64,000 nt of DNA from Octopus sinensis (taxonomy: Eukaryota). The notes under the pieces were generated by a model. The model made no database searches, was not told the DNA's origin, and worked only from the letters and a program-made list of their open reading frames with translations. Within the stretch, counting starts at the first letter, position 1. Each line of letters begins with the position of its first letter. Below, piece by piece: positions 52,104 to 64,000 of this stretch. The translations under genes were made by a program, and so were the position numbers. The DNA lies in assembly GCF_006345805.1 (NCBI RefSeq), contig NC_043004.1, forward strand, positions 4,774,001 to 4,838,000, written 5' to 3'.

Positions 52104-52911
52104 AATTATTATTATTATTATTATTAAAGGCTTGTAGAATTTGTAGAATCAGGGAATCATCAAACAAAATCTTCTACAACTTGCAGTAGTTTCCTCCAAA
52201 ATTGTGTGATCATTGTCATTTCCAAAGCTGTTTTAAGGGATCATAACTTTAAACATGGGAGATTCTGAATTTAGTATTAGGGATAAAATAGACTATCTGC
52301 TTTTTTTTTTTTTGTCCTTAACCATAAAAAAAAAAATCTGTGTATTCATTATTCTATGTTATCATTAGTTGGAAGACTGAACTTTAGATATCTTGCATAA
52401 GTAATTGTGAAACTAAGAATATTTATAACTGGTTGGACAGCCACTGCATTTTAATATCAATCCCCACTTCCAGCACTGAAGCAGAAGTGGCACATACTTC
52501 TCAGCTGTGAAGACTAAGACAACCATGGACTTTGCTGGGGAGACATCACATAATGTTGTTGGCAAAGTTTCAATTCATTAATCCTCAAACTAATTAACCT
52601 AAATAGACGAATTATTTCTTTTAGTTTCTTGTCTTCTTATGTCCAAAAATAGACAGCAGCCTTCATACAATATGATCTACTGCTATACAGTTTCTATAGC
52701 GACATGTATTAGCTGCAGAGCAGTGAGTACTTCAGCTCTGATCAACTACTGACTCTTTATAAAGCTCACGAGGAACTTGAATATTGCTCCTACATTTGGG
52801 ATGGTGTTCTCAAGCATTTTTTATCTAAGGACCTCTTTGATTTCTATTTTGCTTGGGTGGACCCTCTGTCATCATTCCATGTTTAAAGAATCTTATTTAT
52901 GTGTTTAGAAT

Positions 52912-53180
52912 GAGATCATCACCATCACCGTTTAATGCTTGTTGTCTGTGCTGGCATGGATTGGATGGTGTGACTAGAGCTGGCAAGCTGGGAGTGTATG
53001 CGTGTGTGTGTGTGTGTAGGGGGGGGGGGCTGCACCAGACTCCAGTCTGATTTGGCATGGTTTCTATTGTTGGGTGCCCCTCCTAACACCAACAACTTCA
53101 CAGAATGTGCAGGGTGCTTTTATGTGGCACCACACAGACGCTTTTACGTGGTGCTGTACAGGTGCTTTTACATGATGTTG
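52912..53180 (-). mobile_element. Degraded (GAT)n-tailed retroposon
   Basis: Reverse complement of gcacattctgtgaagttgttggtgttaggaggggcaccc...catgccagcac...ttaaacggtgatggtgatg. Confidence 0.65.
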
Positions 53181-53665
53181 CATGGGAGATATTAGGAATT
53201 GTATAAAAAAAAAGTTTTAATATTTGGTGTACTGTAGAAGTATAAGTAATTTATTACACATAAATTTTAACAACAAAATCTTATATGGACCCCTAAGGTC
53301 ATGTGAACCCTGTTTGAGGTCCACTGCCCTTCACAAACAACATCCCAGACCCATCATATAAAGGGCTAATTTGAATGCCTGACAAATAACCACTCTTTAA
53401 AACATTACACCCCCTAGCTCACAGACTCATTATCTCCTTATTTTTCTTCTACTTTTGTGACTACAATAGTCTCAAGTCCTTGGAGTCGGCTAATTACATA
53501 TCATCTCCACCCTGGCCCATCCCACAAACTAAACTCGCCTCCTTTTGACACTCAGACAATATCTCACCCTACACCCACACTATTTGCAATTATTTCATCC
53601 CAGAATTCTATGGAATTTCCTCCTGCTCATGTTTCACCTGCAAGCTTTAAGAGTAATGTTCAACA

Positions 53666-54336
53666 GGCACAGGTATGGCAGTGTTGTAAGAAGTTTACTT
53701 CCTAACCTCATGGTTCCCGGTTCTGTCCCACTATGTGGCACCTATACACTTCCACTATAGTCTCGGGCCGACCAAAGCCTGGTGAGTGGACTTGGTTGAA
53801 GAAACTGAGAGAAGCCTGTTGTATGTATGTGTGTGTGTGTGTTTGTCCCCCCACCACATCTTGACAGCTGATGTTGGTGTGTTTACATCCCTGTACCATA
53901 GCAGTTTGGCAAAATAGACGGATAGAATAAGTACCAGTATTTAAAAAGAAAAAAAAGTACTGGGGTTGATTCATTCGACTAAAATTCTTCAAGGTAGTGC
54001 CCCAGCATGGCCACACTCTAATGACTGAACCAAGTGAAAGATGAAAGATTACAGTTTGAACATCTGTATCAATTTCTTTTGTGAACCTTACGAGTACTGC
54101 TTCTTTTGTTTGGCTGAACCATAATAAAGCAATATAGCAGGAAAAAAAATAATAATAAATGGTGTATCTGTATGGTTAAGATACTCACTTTGCAACCATG
54201 TGGTTTTGGGTTCAGTCCCACTGAGTGGTACCTTGGGCAAGTGTCTTCTGCTACAGCCCTGAGTTGATTTATGCCTTGTGAGTGGATTTGGTAGGACTGG
54301 GAAGGCAGAAAACTGTGTAGAAGTCCATTGTATGTG

Positions 54337-54381
<45 letters not shown>

Positions 54382-54684
54382 GCACATGTGCATTATGTAT
54401 TTATGTTTGTTACACCACCACTTGACATCAGGTGTTTGTTTGTTTACATCCCCATACCCTCATGGTTTGGTGAAAAAGTCCAGTAGAATTTAAAACTTGA
54501 AATTCTATTTAGAAATACTTGATAAATGAATATGGGGGTATGGTGCAGGGGTGTAGGGGTGCCAAACTTCAAAAATAAATGTGTGGGTGGTGGTGTAGGG
54601 GTGTCAAGTTGTTCAACTAAAGCTTTCAAGGCAGTGTCCCCAACATAGCTGCAATTCAATGACTGAAACAAGACAAAAAGTAAA
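53666..54684 (+). mobile_element. Two successive CORE-like SINEs (53666-54048 and 54161-54684)
   Basis: Each has the head, gg.acct..., internal (TG)/(TA)n and the gactgaa.caag tail. Confidence 0.8.
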
Positions 54685-55114
54685 TGTTGTTTCACTGACC
54701 CTTGCTCTAAAATTCTAGAAGACCTTCAACATACTGGCCAAATGTAGGCAAAAGTTACTCAGTACATTTTCACTATACTCACGAACAAAGTAGATAATAA
54801 AGACAATGCAACACATCTATATTGCTGCACTGCAGTTCATACAAACTACTGCATGTGAGATATCTACAGTACTGGGTATGTGGGTCACATCTATACATTT
54901 AACAAGCTACTTGTGTACCATAAATCTGCTTGAATTGGTTTGTTAGGGAATTGGGAGATGCACAGTAATTACATTAGCCTAACAGAAAAATTACCAGTGG
55001 ATGAGGAGCCTTTAGCCTGGTTGTTCGATCTGCTAGAAATAAAAATCAAATATCTCTCCAGTTTCATCCTGCCTTCTTAAAATCCAGAAGTGATAATTTG
55101 AATAATATGATTCC

Positions 55115-55700
55115 TAGGCATACTGTATCATCATATTCATCATCGTTGTTAACGTTTTCGTTTCAGCTAGCAGGGTTGGACAGTTCGACCGGGGTTGGGA
55201 AGCCAGGGGCATTTACAACTGCACCAGGTCAGATATCAGCAGAGTTTCTTACAGCGGATGCCCTCCTAACGGCCAACCACTCCGCGAGTGTAGTGGGTGC
55301 TTTTTTTACGTGCCACCTGCACAGGTGCCACATGGTGGGTCCGGACATCGGCCACGATCGGTTGAGCTTTTTTAACGTGCGCCGGCACGGAAGCCAGTCG
55401 GGGCGGCGCTGGAAAGGCCACGTTAGGATGGTGCTTTTTTAGTGCCAATGGCAACAGAGCCAGTGGGGCGGCGCTGGGCCAAATAGACACGTTGGAACAG
55501 CTGGATGCCCTTCCTAACGCCAACCACTCCGCGAGTGTAGTGGGTGCTTTTTACGTGCCACCTGCACAGGTGCCATGGGGGTCCGGCATCAGCCACGATC
55601 GGTTGGAGCTTTTAACGTGCCGCCGGCACGGAAGCCAGTCGGGGCGGCGCTGGCAACGGCCACGTTCGGATGGTGCTTTTTATGTGCCACTGGCACACTG
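55115..55700 (-). mobile_element. CpG-rich (GAT)n-tailed retroposon with an internal duplication of about 246 bp
   Basis: ggatgccc.tcctaacg.caaccactccgcgagtgtagtgggtgc starts at 55257 and 55503; the units are homologous to the 49.6-50.0 kb array. Confidence 0.8.
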
Positions 55701-56699
55701 AGAAAAAAATAAATAAAAGATGGTATACTTTTATGATAGGTCTCTTTGGGGTTAAATAACAGAAATGATCTTCACCACCTTCATCACCATTATTATCACC
55801 ACTGTTTTCATTATCACCCCCTCCCATCGCAATCATTAGCACTACCACCACTGCCATTACCCTCATCATCTCTCATTTTTTACATAGATTTGTCTCTGAA
55901 TAGAAAATGCGAAAAACATATCTCCTGCCTAGATATTCTCTTATAATATTGCATTACATGGATAAAGTACCGGCCTTCCTTTTGCATAAACATGAGTATC
56001 TACATATGCATGTATTACTAACACACTGCCCTATATTTTTCAGTTTTAAAAATAATTTAGAATTTTTTTTTTTTTGTGGGCAAGGGATAGTAAATTTAAC
56101 AACTTATTTTTTCCATTGTTTTCATTATTTACTTAGTATTTGGAACACAAGGCAGGGTTATTAAATAAAACTATAATAGGAGATTTAAATTTCAACATAA
56201 ATATTTTAAAATAGGCAGATTTATATCATAGAATGAGAGAAGAATTTATGAGGGGTTTCTATTAAAAGGGTTAAGATATCTAATAATGAATCATTCAAGT
56301 TTACATGTTTTTAGATACATTCACTAGTTGTTTGTGTTGCTGCACATTTCAAGTTACAAGTCTTGTACTCTGATGGGTGCTCCCATACCAATTTTGAAAT
56401 TGCTTTATCTTTGCTATTTCCTTCCTTTCTTACTCCAAAAAATTTTTTTTTGCGCTCTGTTTCTTTTAAGTTTTGACATCTGGCTTAACTTGATTCTTCC
56501 TTCAGCTGACTGTTACTGTTCACAAAGCACTTAGGGCAAACACTTTATTTATTACTAATGTAGATGTATGTGTGCATGTGTACATGTTTCACACCAGCAG
56601 TTAACTTTTATTAACTTTTGCCTTTTATTCTTCTGAGGGTTGAGAAACTAAATTATCAGTCCATACTGGAACTGAATTAATTAACTATTCCTCTTTCTG

Positions 56700-57620
56700 G
56701 CTTGTAAATGCCACCAAGGTCCACTCTGCCTTTCTTCCTTTTGGGGTCAGTAAAATAGATATCAGTTGAACACTGGGATGATGTTATCAGCTATCCCCTT
56801 TCCACAAATTCCAGTTCTTGTGCCTATAGTAGAAAATATTATTATTATTATAAAGTGGGAAGATAGCAAAATTGCGAGTGCACTAGACAATATACTTGGT
56901 AGCATTTCTTCCAGTTTTACATTTTGAGTTCAAATTCTGCCAAGGTTTAGCTTTGCTTTTCATCCTTTCAGGGTTGGTGAAGTAATTACAAGTTGAAAAC
57001 TGGGGTCGATGTAATTAGCTAGCCCCCTCCTCCAAGATTTCGGGCCTTGTCCCTATAGTAGAAAGGATTATTATTATTAAAGAGGTGAGCTGGCAGAATT
57101 GTTAGCACATCAGGCAAAATGCTTAGTGGCTTTTCGTCTGTCTTTACATTCTGAGTTCAAGTTCTGCCAAGGTTGACTTTGCTTTTCATACTTTCAGGGT
57201 CAATGAAATAATGTATCAGTTAAGCACTGGGATCAATGTAATCGGCTAGGCCCTTCTCCCAAAATTTCAGGTGTTGTACCTATAGTCAAAAGGATTAGGG
57301 TTATCATTATTAGAAGGTGGTGTGATCAATGATATCAATTTTCTCCTCACACCAAATTTCAGGTTGTGTGTCTGTGTTAAAAAAAATAAAGAACTCAATG
57401 CTAGAAACAGCTATTCTTGTTATTTAGGGGAGTACATTGAAAGAACCATTTAAATGTGAAACAAAATACCTTGTGGTATTTGTTTCAGTTCAAATTCTAC
57501 TAAGTTTAGCTTTGCCTTTTGTCCCTTTGGTATCAATAAATTAAATTACAAGTTGTTAAACACTGGAATCAGTATAATCAACTATTCCATTCCCCCAATT
57601 TCAGGTCTTGTGCCTATGCT
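56700..57620 (+). mobile_element. Head-to-tail array of 4-5 Meta-like SINE copies
   Basis: Repeated ...ccttgt.cctatagtagaaaggatt(ATT)n immediately followed by the next head (a.aggtgagctggcagaa). Confidence 0.8.
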
Positions 57621-58184
57621 AGAAGCAGTTATTACTGGTATGAGGTATATTCTTATTATCATTAACACTGCTGAGTCACTTGAAAACTGAGCCTTTGAGT
57701 TGGTTTTGTTTTGTTCTTGGCAAATAAACTTGGCTAATTCTTCTCTGGAATGTCCCTACTCTGTTTTTTTTTTAATTTTTGTATGGGATTTATCTGGAGG
57801 AAGGGTTTGTACTCAGGGCCTTCAAAGGCCCTCTGAGATTGGTCAGTTTGGCTTGGCTAATGCTCCAGTTGAAGTAAAAGTTTGAGAGATACTACAAAGC
57901 CAACACTTATCTGCGTAATATGAAGTTGTTGTTGTTGTGAGTGAGAGGTCTCAGACTTCATAAGCAATAAAAATTTAATTATAGCTTAATAATAGTAATT
58001 TTAAGTGATCAGAGCAGCCCTAAACAGCTACTTTTAGTTTTCTCAAAGTAGTCCAACACATCAAATATATGTATACACAGACAGACAGCTATAGGAGCAG
58101 AAACATAGCTCCTAAGATCAAGTTGAAATGATTGTTGTGAAGTATGAGAATATTAAAATAAAGAATGATAAAGCAGGATGGACT

Positions 58185-58383
58185 ACAAGGCCACCAATTT
58201 CAGGGTAGGGATAAGTTGATTATATCAACCCCAGTGCCCAACTGGTACTTATTTTATCAATCCCAAAAGGATAACGGACAAAGTGAAGTTTGACAGAATT
58301 TGAACTCAGAACTTAAAGCCAGATGAAATGCCACTAAGCATTTTGCCTGCCATGCTAATGATTCTGCCAGCTCACTTCCTTAA
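58185..58383 (-). mobile_element. Meta-like SINE
   Basis: Reverse complement of gtgagctggcagaatcattagcatgg...ctgagttcaaattc; gtatgagaatattaaaataa flanks both sides (58142 and 58385), a possible TSD. Confidence 0.75.
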
Positions 58384-59744
58384 AGTATGAGAATATTAAA
58401 ATAATGACAAAAAAGGTTGAACTATATGTATATTAACATTTGACAAAGTCTGCTGGTGTTATCCAACAAGCTCCGTATTGAATTCAAAAGTTGAATTCAA
58501 TAATTTGTGGTGGAGTAATTTTTCTTGGTTGATCTCATAAATGACATTACTGCAGAGCTATTCATATTCATTGACATACCATCTATAATTTGTTTTCTTA
58601 AAGAAACACTCATCAGCCCTGTGTGTCTGATAAGAAATATCCTAATATTGTTGCCAGCTGACTACATGGCCTGACAAGCATTTAACCATTTCCAGGAGCG
58701 GTAGGCTCTTAACAGAGGAGTATTGCAGCTGGCCAACTTCATTGGCTTGACAGCTGAAGACTCAGTGATTTGTGTTTTTGTCATCATTACTGCACTTGTC
58801 TCAGCTCTCAATAAACCAGTCTGTCTGGATGTGTGAAGTTATTTTGGAGAGAGAAAGTTCACTGCTGTAAGTGGTGAAGCTTGTGTGTAATTGTTAGCCT
58901 CAGTGTATCTGGAAGAGGTGCTAGGGTAACTGGAACTACTGTGCAATTAATGGCATTCTAATGACATAAGAGAAATATTGGTTTTCGTTTCAATTTAATT
59001 CATATATTTTGTATATTTTTTTCTTTAGGTTAAATTTAAACTTTTTGGTGTTTTCTAAGTCAAATTTAAATGTTAGTGTTCTTTTTAGTTAAGTTTGAAC
59101 TTTGAGTGTTTTTAGGTTAAACTCAAATGTTTACTTTTTTTAGAATAAAATTTAATTCTTACTATAGTATTTTTTTAAGATCATAATGTCATTGTCCCTC
59201 TTCTACTGCATCAAATAGAACAGCTTACCATTTTTCTTTCATTATTTTTTATTTTAGTGGGGAAAGGAGGAGCAAAGTTAATTATTTATTGGTCAATGTA
59301 AAACATAGGGTGAAAGTTCAAATCTAGTAACAGTTTAGTGTTATGTGATATAGAAATGTTTTTTTCCCTTTCTTTAAATACAATACAAAATATAAGCTTT
59401 AAAGTAAACTATTTTACTAAAGGAAAATAGTAGGAGGACAAAAAACTTACTTTGATATGTGAACAATACTAATAAATTCTATATTCATGACAGGAAAAAG
59501 AATCTCTTTCTGAATCAAGAATTTAAAATATGAAGGTGTTTATCCCATTTCTGCCTATAAGCTAACATTGATTGTTGCTTGCAGATAGGACTTGGCTACA
59601 TGGTAGAATTATTCCATTGAACAATAGATGTTAATTTTATTCTCTCCTAGCAAAACATTACTTTATTTTGTTTTAGGTTATTTTTATTTGATAATTTAAA
59701 TTTCACATTTTTTTTGGTGGGTGGGTAGGGGTCTTGCAAAGTAC

Positions 59745-59972
59745 TTGGTGACCATAAGGGTACTGGTGCCACATATATAGCACTGGTGCTAGTGCCACAT
59801 GATAATCACCCAGTACACTCTGTAAAGTGGTTGGCATAAGGAAGGGCATCCAGCTTAAAAAGCATGCCAAAACAGACAATGGAACTTGGTACAGCTTCTG
59901 GCCTTGCCAACTCCTGTCAAACTGTCCAACCCATTCCAGCATGGAAAATGGATTTTAAATGATGATGATGAT
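59745..59972 (+). mobile_element. (GAT)n-tailed retroposon 3' part
   Basis: cacccagtacactctgtaaagtggttggcataaggaagggcatccagc...ccaacccattccagcatggaaaatgg..(GAT)n. Confidence 0.75.
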
Positions 59973-60049
59973 GTGCTTTTTAATTACATCTTAATTTTTA
60001 GTGATTCTTTAAATGTTTAAATAAAACTTTTTTATTATTTTTAACTTAG

Positions 60050-60500
60050 AAGGCAGCAAGCTGGCAGAACTGTTAAGAGTCTTGGACAAACTGCTTTGCA
60101 GTATTTGTTCTTGCTCTTTACACGCCGAGTTCAAACCACACTGTTGTCAGCTTTGCCTTTCATCCCTCCAAGTCTTGTACTAGGGTCAATAATATTGACT
60201 CACACCTCCGTCTCCTCAAAATAGCTGGTTTTGTGCCTCAGACAGAAACCATTATTTTTAAGTTACATTTAGCATGTTATTATTTTTAGGTTAAATTAGT
60301 GCAAAGGATTGGTAGAATTAGAATGTCAAAGAAAATACTTTGTAGCATTTATTCCAGCCCTTTATGTTCTGAGTTCAAACCCTGCTATAGTTAACTTTGC
60401 CTTTTGTCCTTTTAGGGTTGATAAAATAAAACACCAGTCACATACTGCATACAATGTAATTAACCAAGCTCCCCTGCTCAAAAATTGTTGGCCTTGTGTC
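60050..60500 (+). mobile_element. Two degraded Meta-like SINEs upstream of the SH3/SH2 exon
   Basis: aaggcagcaagctggcagaactg...gagttcaaacc and a second copy with ctgagttcaaacc...gggttgataaaataaaacacc. Confidence 0.7.
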
Positions 60501-60939
60501 TTATTTAAAAATAATTATTTTAAAATTAGATTTAAGTTTTCATTTGTTTTTACCATATTTACTTGTGTATAAGTCGCATCCCTAATTTAGAGTTAATTCT
60601 TGGTAAAAAAAAAACAACTTTTCTCCCTCATAGTTTTAGCTTTGCCCTGTGCATAAGTTACACCCTAGTTTTACCTGTTGAAATCAAGTATAAAATAGTG
60701 TGACTTATGTTTGAGTAAATATGATAGTTTAAGTTTTCTGTTGTATTGTATTGGGTTGACATCTTTATTACTTCAACTTTTAGGTTAAATTTTACTCTCC
60801 ACTGTCAGAAAAATTGAAAACCTGCTACAACCATTCTGAACACCTAAGTTATGAGTATCTTGTTCTTGTATTTATTTAACCTCTTCATCCTTTGTTGTAC
60901 TTTCAAATGACTAAACTCTCTTTTGTTTTATCTGTGCAG

Positions 60940-61238
60940 GTGAACAAATGACGATTCTTGGCTACAACAAAGGTGGTGAATGGTGTGAGGTAAAGAACAA
61001 AGCTGGTGACATTGGTTGGGTACCAAGTAACTATATTGCTCCAGTTAATAGCTTAGACAAATTCTCCTGGTACCATGGACCTATATCTAGGAATGCTTCG
61101 GAATATTTACTAAGCAGTGGAATTAACGGCAGCTTTTTAGTTCGCGAGAGTGAAAGTAGCCCGGGTCAACGCTCCATATCTGTACGATATGAAGGAAGGG
61201 TTTACCACTATAGGATTAGTGAAGATTCTGATGGAAAG
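60940..61238 (+). CDS. Abl: Abl-family tyrosine kinase, internal exon equivalent to ABL1 exon a3 (rest of SH3, SH2 N-terminal part); 299 nt, phase 1-0
   Basis: Acceptor tctgtgcag/G at 60939-60940 and donor GAAAG/gtgagt at 61239. It joins in frame with the previous exon (G+GT = Gly). Translation [100 protein letters not shown] has the SH3 GWVPSNY and SH2 FLVRES motifs in the Abl-specific context. Confidence 0.98.
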
Positions 61239-61918
61239 GTGAGTCACCATTTTTATCATTCAGCATTCTTTACAGCATTTATACTCTTGCTACACAATCT
61301 AGAACATGATTTCAAGACCTCTTATTTCCAGGCTTTTATATTGAAATATATAACGTCCAATCCAATCCACTATGGAACTCAGACATAAAATGATGAAGAT
61401 GATTCTATATGTGTGTGTTGAGTTTGGGTGCTGATTTTTCTGTAATCAATATTCTGCAATAGTATTTCACTCTAACCACATTGACATTGATAGTAAACTG
61501 GCTGCATCAGGAAGTAGTTTATAGTAGCCAGCTGCCTGCTATCCATTGATACATTTAAAATGTTCAACCATCTTTTTTTTTTTTCCTCTAACTAACTTGC
61601 CTCTCCAGGATGCTTTGGAATGTGGCCACTTTGATAGGCACTGTTATATAGATAGTTATTCCTATCACAAGTGTCAAGTGTTACTCCTAGTTGCTGTTAG
61701 AGGAATTTTCTTCCTCTTCATTTCCCACATTGTACCATGTGCCCACACACACTCACATATGTACACATTTGTGTGTATGTGTGTATAAAATGAAGTCAGA
61801 CCAATTAATGATATTTTAAGGATTTGGAGTGCTTTGTTGTATTTGAGTTGAAAATCCTGGTAATGTGCATTGCTTCTAAGTATAGCATGAGTTATATATA
61901 TATATCTATATATATATA

Positions 61919-61957
<39 letters not shown>

Positions 61958-61961
<4 letters not shown>

Positions 61962-62182
61962 TAATGGTGTCATTGAGACCCAAAGGTGTCAGGTAATGTT
62001 GAATAAGTGCTATAGACTGACCATATTTAAGTTCCAGATTCGGTAATATTGCGAAATAAAGAGTTCAACGTTGGTTCTATGTCAGCGTGTGTAAAGAAGA
62101 ATTTTTTGCGTAATAAGATAAAAAAGCCAAGGCTGTGTAGATATTAGAGTGTTTATAGATAGAAGGTCTAACAGCTGTTTCT
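61958..62182. mobile_element. Partial copy of the 50215 Penelope-like fragment, ending at the hammerhead GAAA
   Basis: gagataatggtgtcattgagacccaaagg...agaaggtctaacagctgtttct. It follows (TA)n and is followed by (CT)n(AT)n. Confidence 0.8.
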
Positions 62183-62186
62183 CCCT

Positions 62187-62258
<72 letters not shown>

Positions 62259-62643
62259 ACCTATTTAGTTTTGTGAGGTACAAAGCAACCTCACCACTGC
62301 TGGTTCTACTATAAAATGCATCCAGTACAGAACATCCTTGTAAAGTGGTTGACAAATAAGCAGAAGCAATATTAAGTCAAGAGGACGCTTTACCCTTGTT
62401 GAAGACATGATAGTATTATTAGAACTTGTGTCACGATCAAATGTATCTTCATCACTCTTGTGAAATGGTTGGTGTTAGAAAGAACATCCATCCATAGTGA
62501 CCATGTAAGAAATGGAATGTAAGAGCAAAATGTGGTTCTCTGACCTCTGCAGTGAGTCAAAAATAGGATCTGACTTAGATCATCAGTCCAGCTTATGCCA
62601 GTATTGAAAATGAATATAAATTGATGATGATGATAAGTGTGGT

Positions 62644-62686
<43 letters not shown>

Positions 62687-63059
62687 TTATGGGGAATATC
62701 TTTCAGTCTTTGTCTTTCTCTGTACCTGAGGTCAAACCCTACTAAGGTCAAGCTTCCCTTAAATCCATTCAGGGTTGATAAATAAAGTTCCAGTCAAGTA
62801 CTGGAGTTGATTCTTCTCTGTAGAGAAATGGCTGTGTCCAGTTCTGAGGAGTGATAGCCTCTCTTTAGTTTAAGATGTCCATAATGCATCACATGTTTTA
62901 AAATTGACAGTGATGTCTCAACAAGTTTATCAGGAGTTATGGGCCTAAGGAAAAAGGTGTGTATGTGCATGCATTATCTTTTATCTTTTAGTTGCTTCAG
63001 TCTTTTGACTGCAGCCATACTGGAGCACAGCCCTGTATGTATATATTCATACATAAATA

Positions 63060-63464
63060 GGTGCGAATATGGCTGTGTGGTTAAGATGTTTGCTTCTCAG
63101 TAACCTGGTTTAGAGTTCAGCTTCACTGTGTGGAACCTTGGGTGAGCGTTTTCTACAATAGGCTCAGGCAGACCAAAATCTTGGATGTGGATTTGGTAGG
63201 TGGAAACTGAAATAGATGCCTGTTGTATGTGTCTGTTCCTGTTTTCTTGCCTTGACTTTGCATAATTGTTGCACACAAGTGCCACCATCACGCAAGCAAT
63301 GTCCTTCATTTCCAGTCTTCTGTAAAAACCAATCTGGTCATGGGGTAAATATTACCTTACTTGGCAACTGGTGAAGGTTGGCAATAGAAAGGGCATCTGG
63401 CAGTAGAAAATACGCTTAAAAAAATTTCATCCACCCATGCAAGCATAGAAAAATGGATGACTAA
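63060..63464 (+). mobile_element. CORE-like SINE, (GAT)n-tail subfamily
   Basis: ggtgcgaatatggctgtgtggttaagatg...ggaaccttgggtgagcg...gaaagggcatctggcagtagaaaa...cccatgcaagcat. Confidence 0.75.
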
Positions 63465-64000
63465 AGAAAATAGTCTAACATATATCTAACACATGTGTTA
63501 TATACTCCACTACGCCATTGCAGCCACTGGAAAATACACAAAGCATATACATTAGTATATGTATTTAACAATATATATGTTTGTGTGTGTTTATCCATCT
63601 GTGTTGCAAGATTCCTGATGTAAAATCATGAGTTGAAACAGATATTATTGTATTTTGGGATGATCTTTTTTTTTTTTTTAAATAAACACACGCACTATAT
63701 ATATATTTTTTTTCACTTGTTTATTACTGTTTTTATTTTAACTCATGTCCATTGTCCGGAAATCTTTCGTCACACATCTGTGACCTCTTCAATGTCACTT
63801 TTCATTTTCGTGTGTGTTCTTGCTCCGCTTACTTCATTCTATATATATATATATATATATATTTATATTGAATAATACAAATATGATGATATTTTTCCCC
63901 CTTTGTAAGGGTAATTTACCCAATATTTCTGCTGTTCTAATAGCAATTCTGTGTTCAAAAGAATATCATTGTATTTGTATCATACAATACACATTTCGAC

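Larger units (their letters stand above)
41234..60939 (+). other. GT-AG intron of Abl (19,706 bp, phase 1) splitting the SH3 domain
   Basis: Canonical gtaagt...tgcag ends, and the flanking exons join in frame at the intron position I recall from vertebrate ABL1 (SITK-G/EKL). Confidence 0.92.

Noticed and set aside
59020-59140. Degenerate repeats of about 30 bp (ttaggttaaa...tttaaa)
   Set aside because: Low-complexity AT-rich sequence; not telomeric and with no consistent period.
61239-61388. C-terminal 50 aa of the 146-aa ORF at 60948
   Set aside because: Read-through past the gtgagt donor at 61239; Abl similarity stops at DSDGK. The ORF-start Met is an internal residue.

Overview
AT-rich, repeat-dense animal genomic DNA. 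The repeat families and microsatellite load suggest an octopus or other coleoid cephalopod; this is inferred from memory and was not searched. The only supportable protein-coding sequence is two internal + strand exons of an Abl-family tyrosine kinase: 41066-41233 (N-cap and start of SH3) and 60940-61238 (rest of SH3 and start of SH2). They are separated by a 19.7 kb intron, and the rest of the window is intronic or upstream sequence. That sequence holds several tRNA-headed SINE families, piggyBac-, hAT- and Helentron-type non-autonomous DNA elements, two decayed RTE-clade LINE remnants and large microsatellites. Nearly all ORFs in the supplied track are microsatellite or SINE artefacts. The most interesting signal is a set of unrelated minimal type I hammerhead-ribozyme motifs with palindromic helix III, the architecture known from Penelope-like elements (408-450 minus, 4245-4290 plus, 50512-50563 plus, and a broken one near 21750). 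One sits inside a 311-bp tRNA-headed, TSD-flanked, internally inverted retroposon that split an old RTE ORF, which makes it a candidate ribozyme-bearing SINE. All structure calls are by eye; no folding or database search was run.
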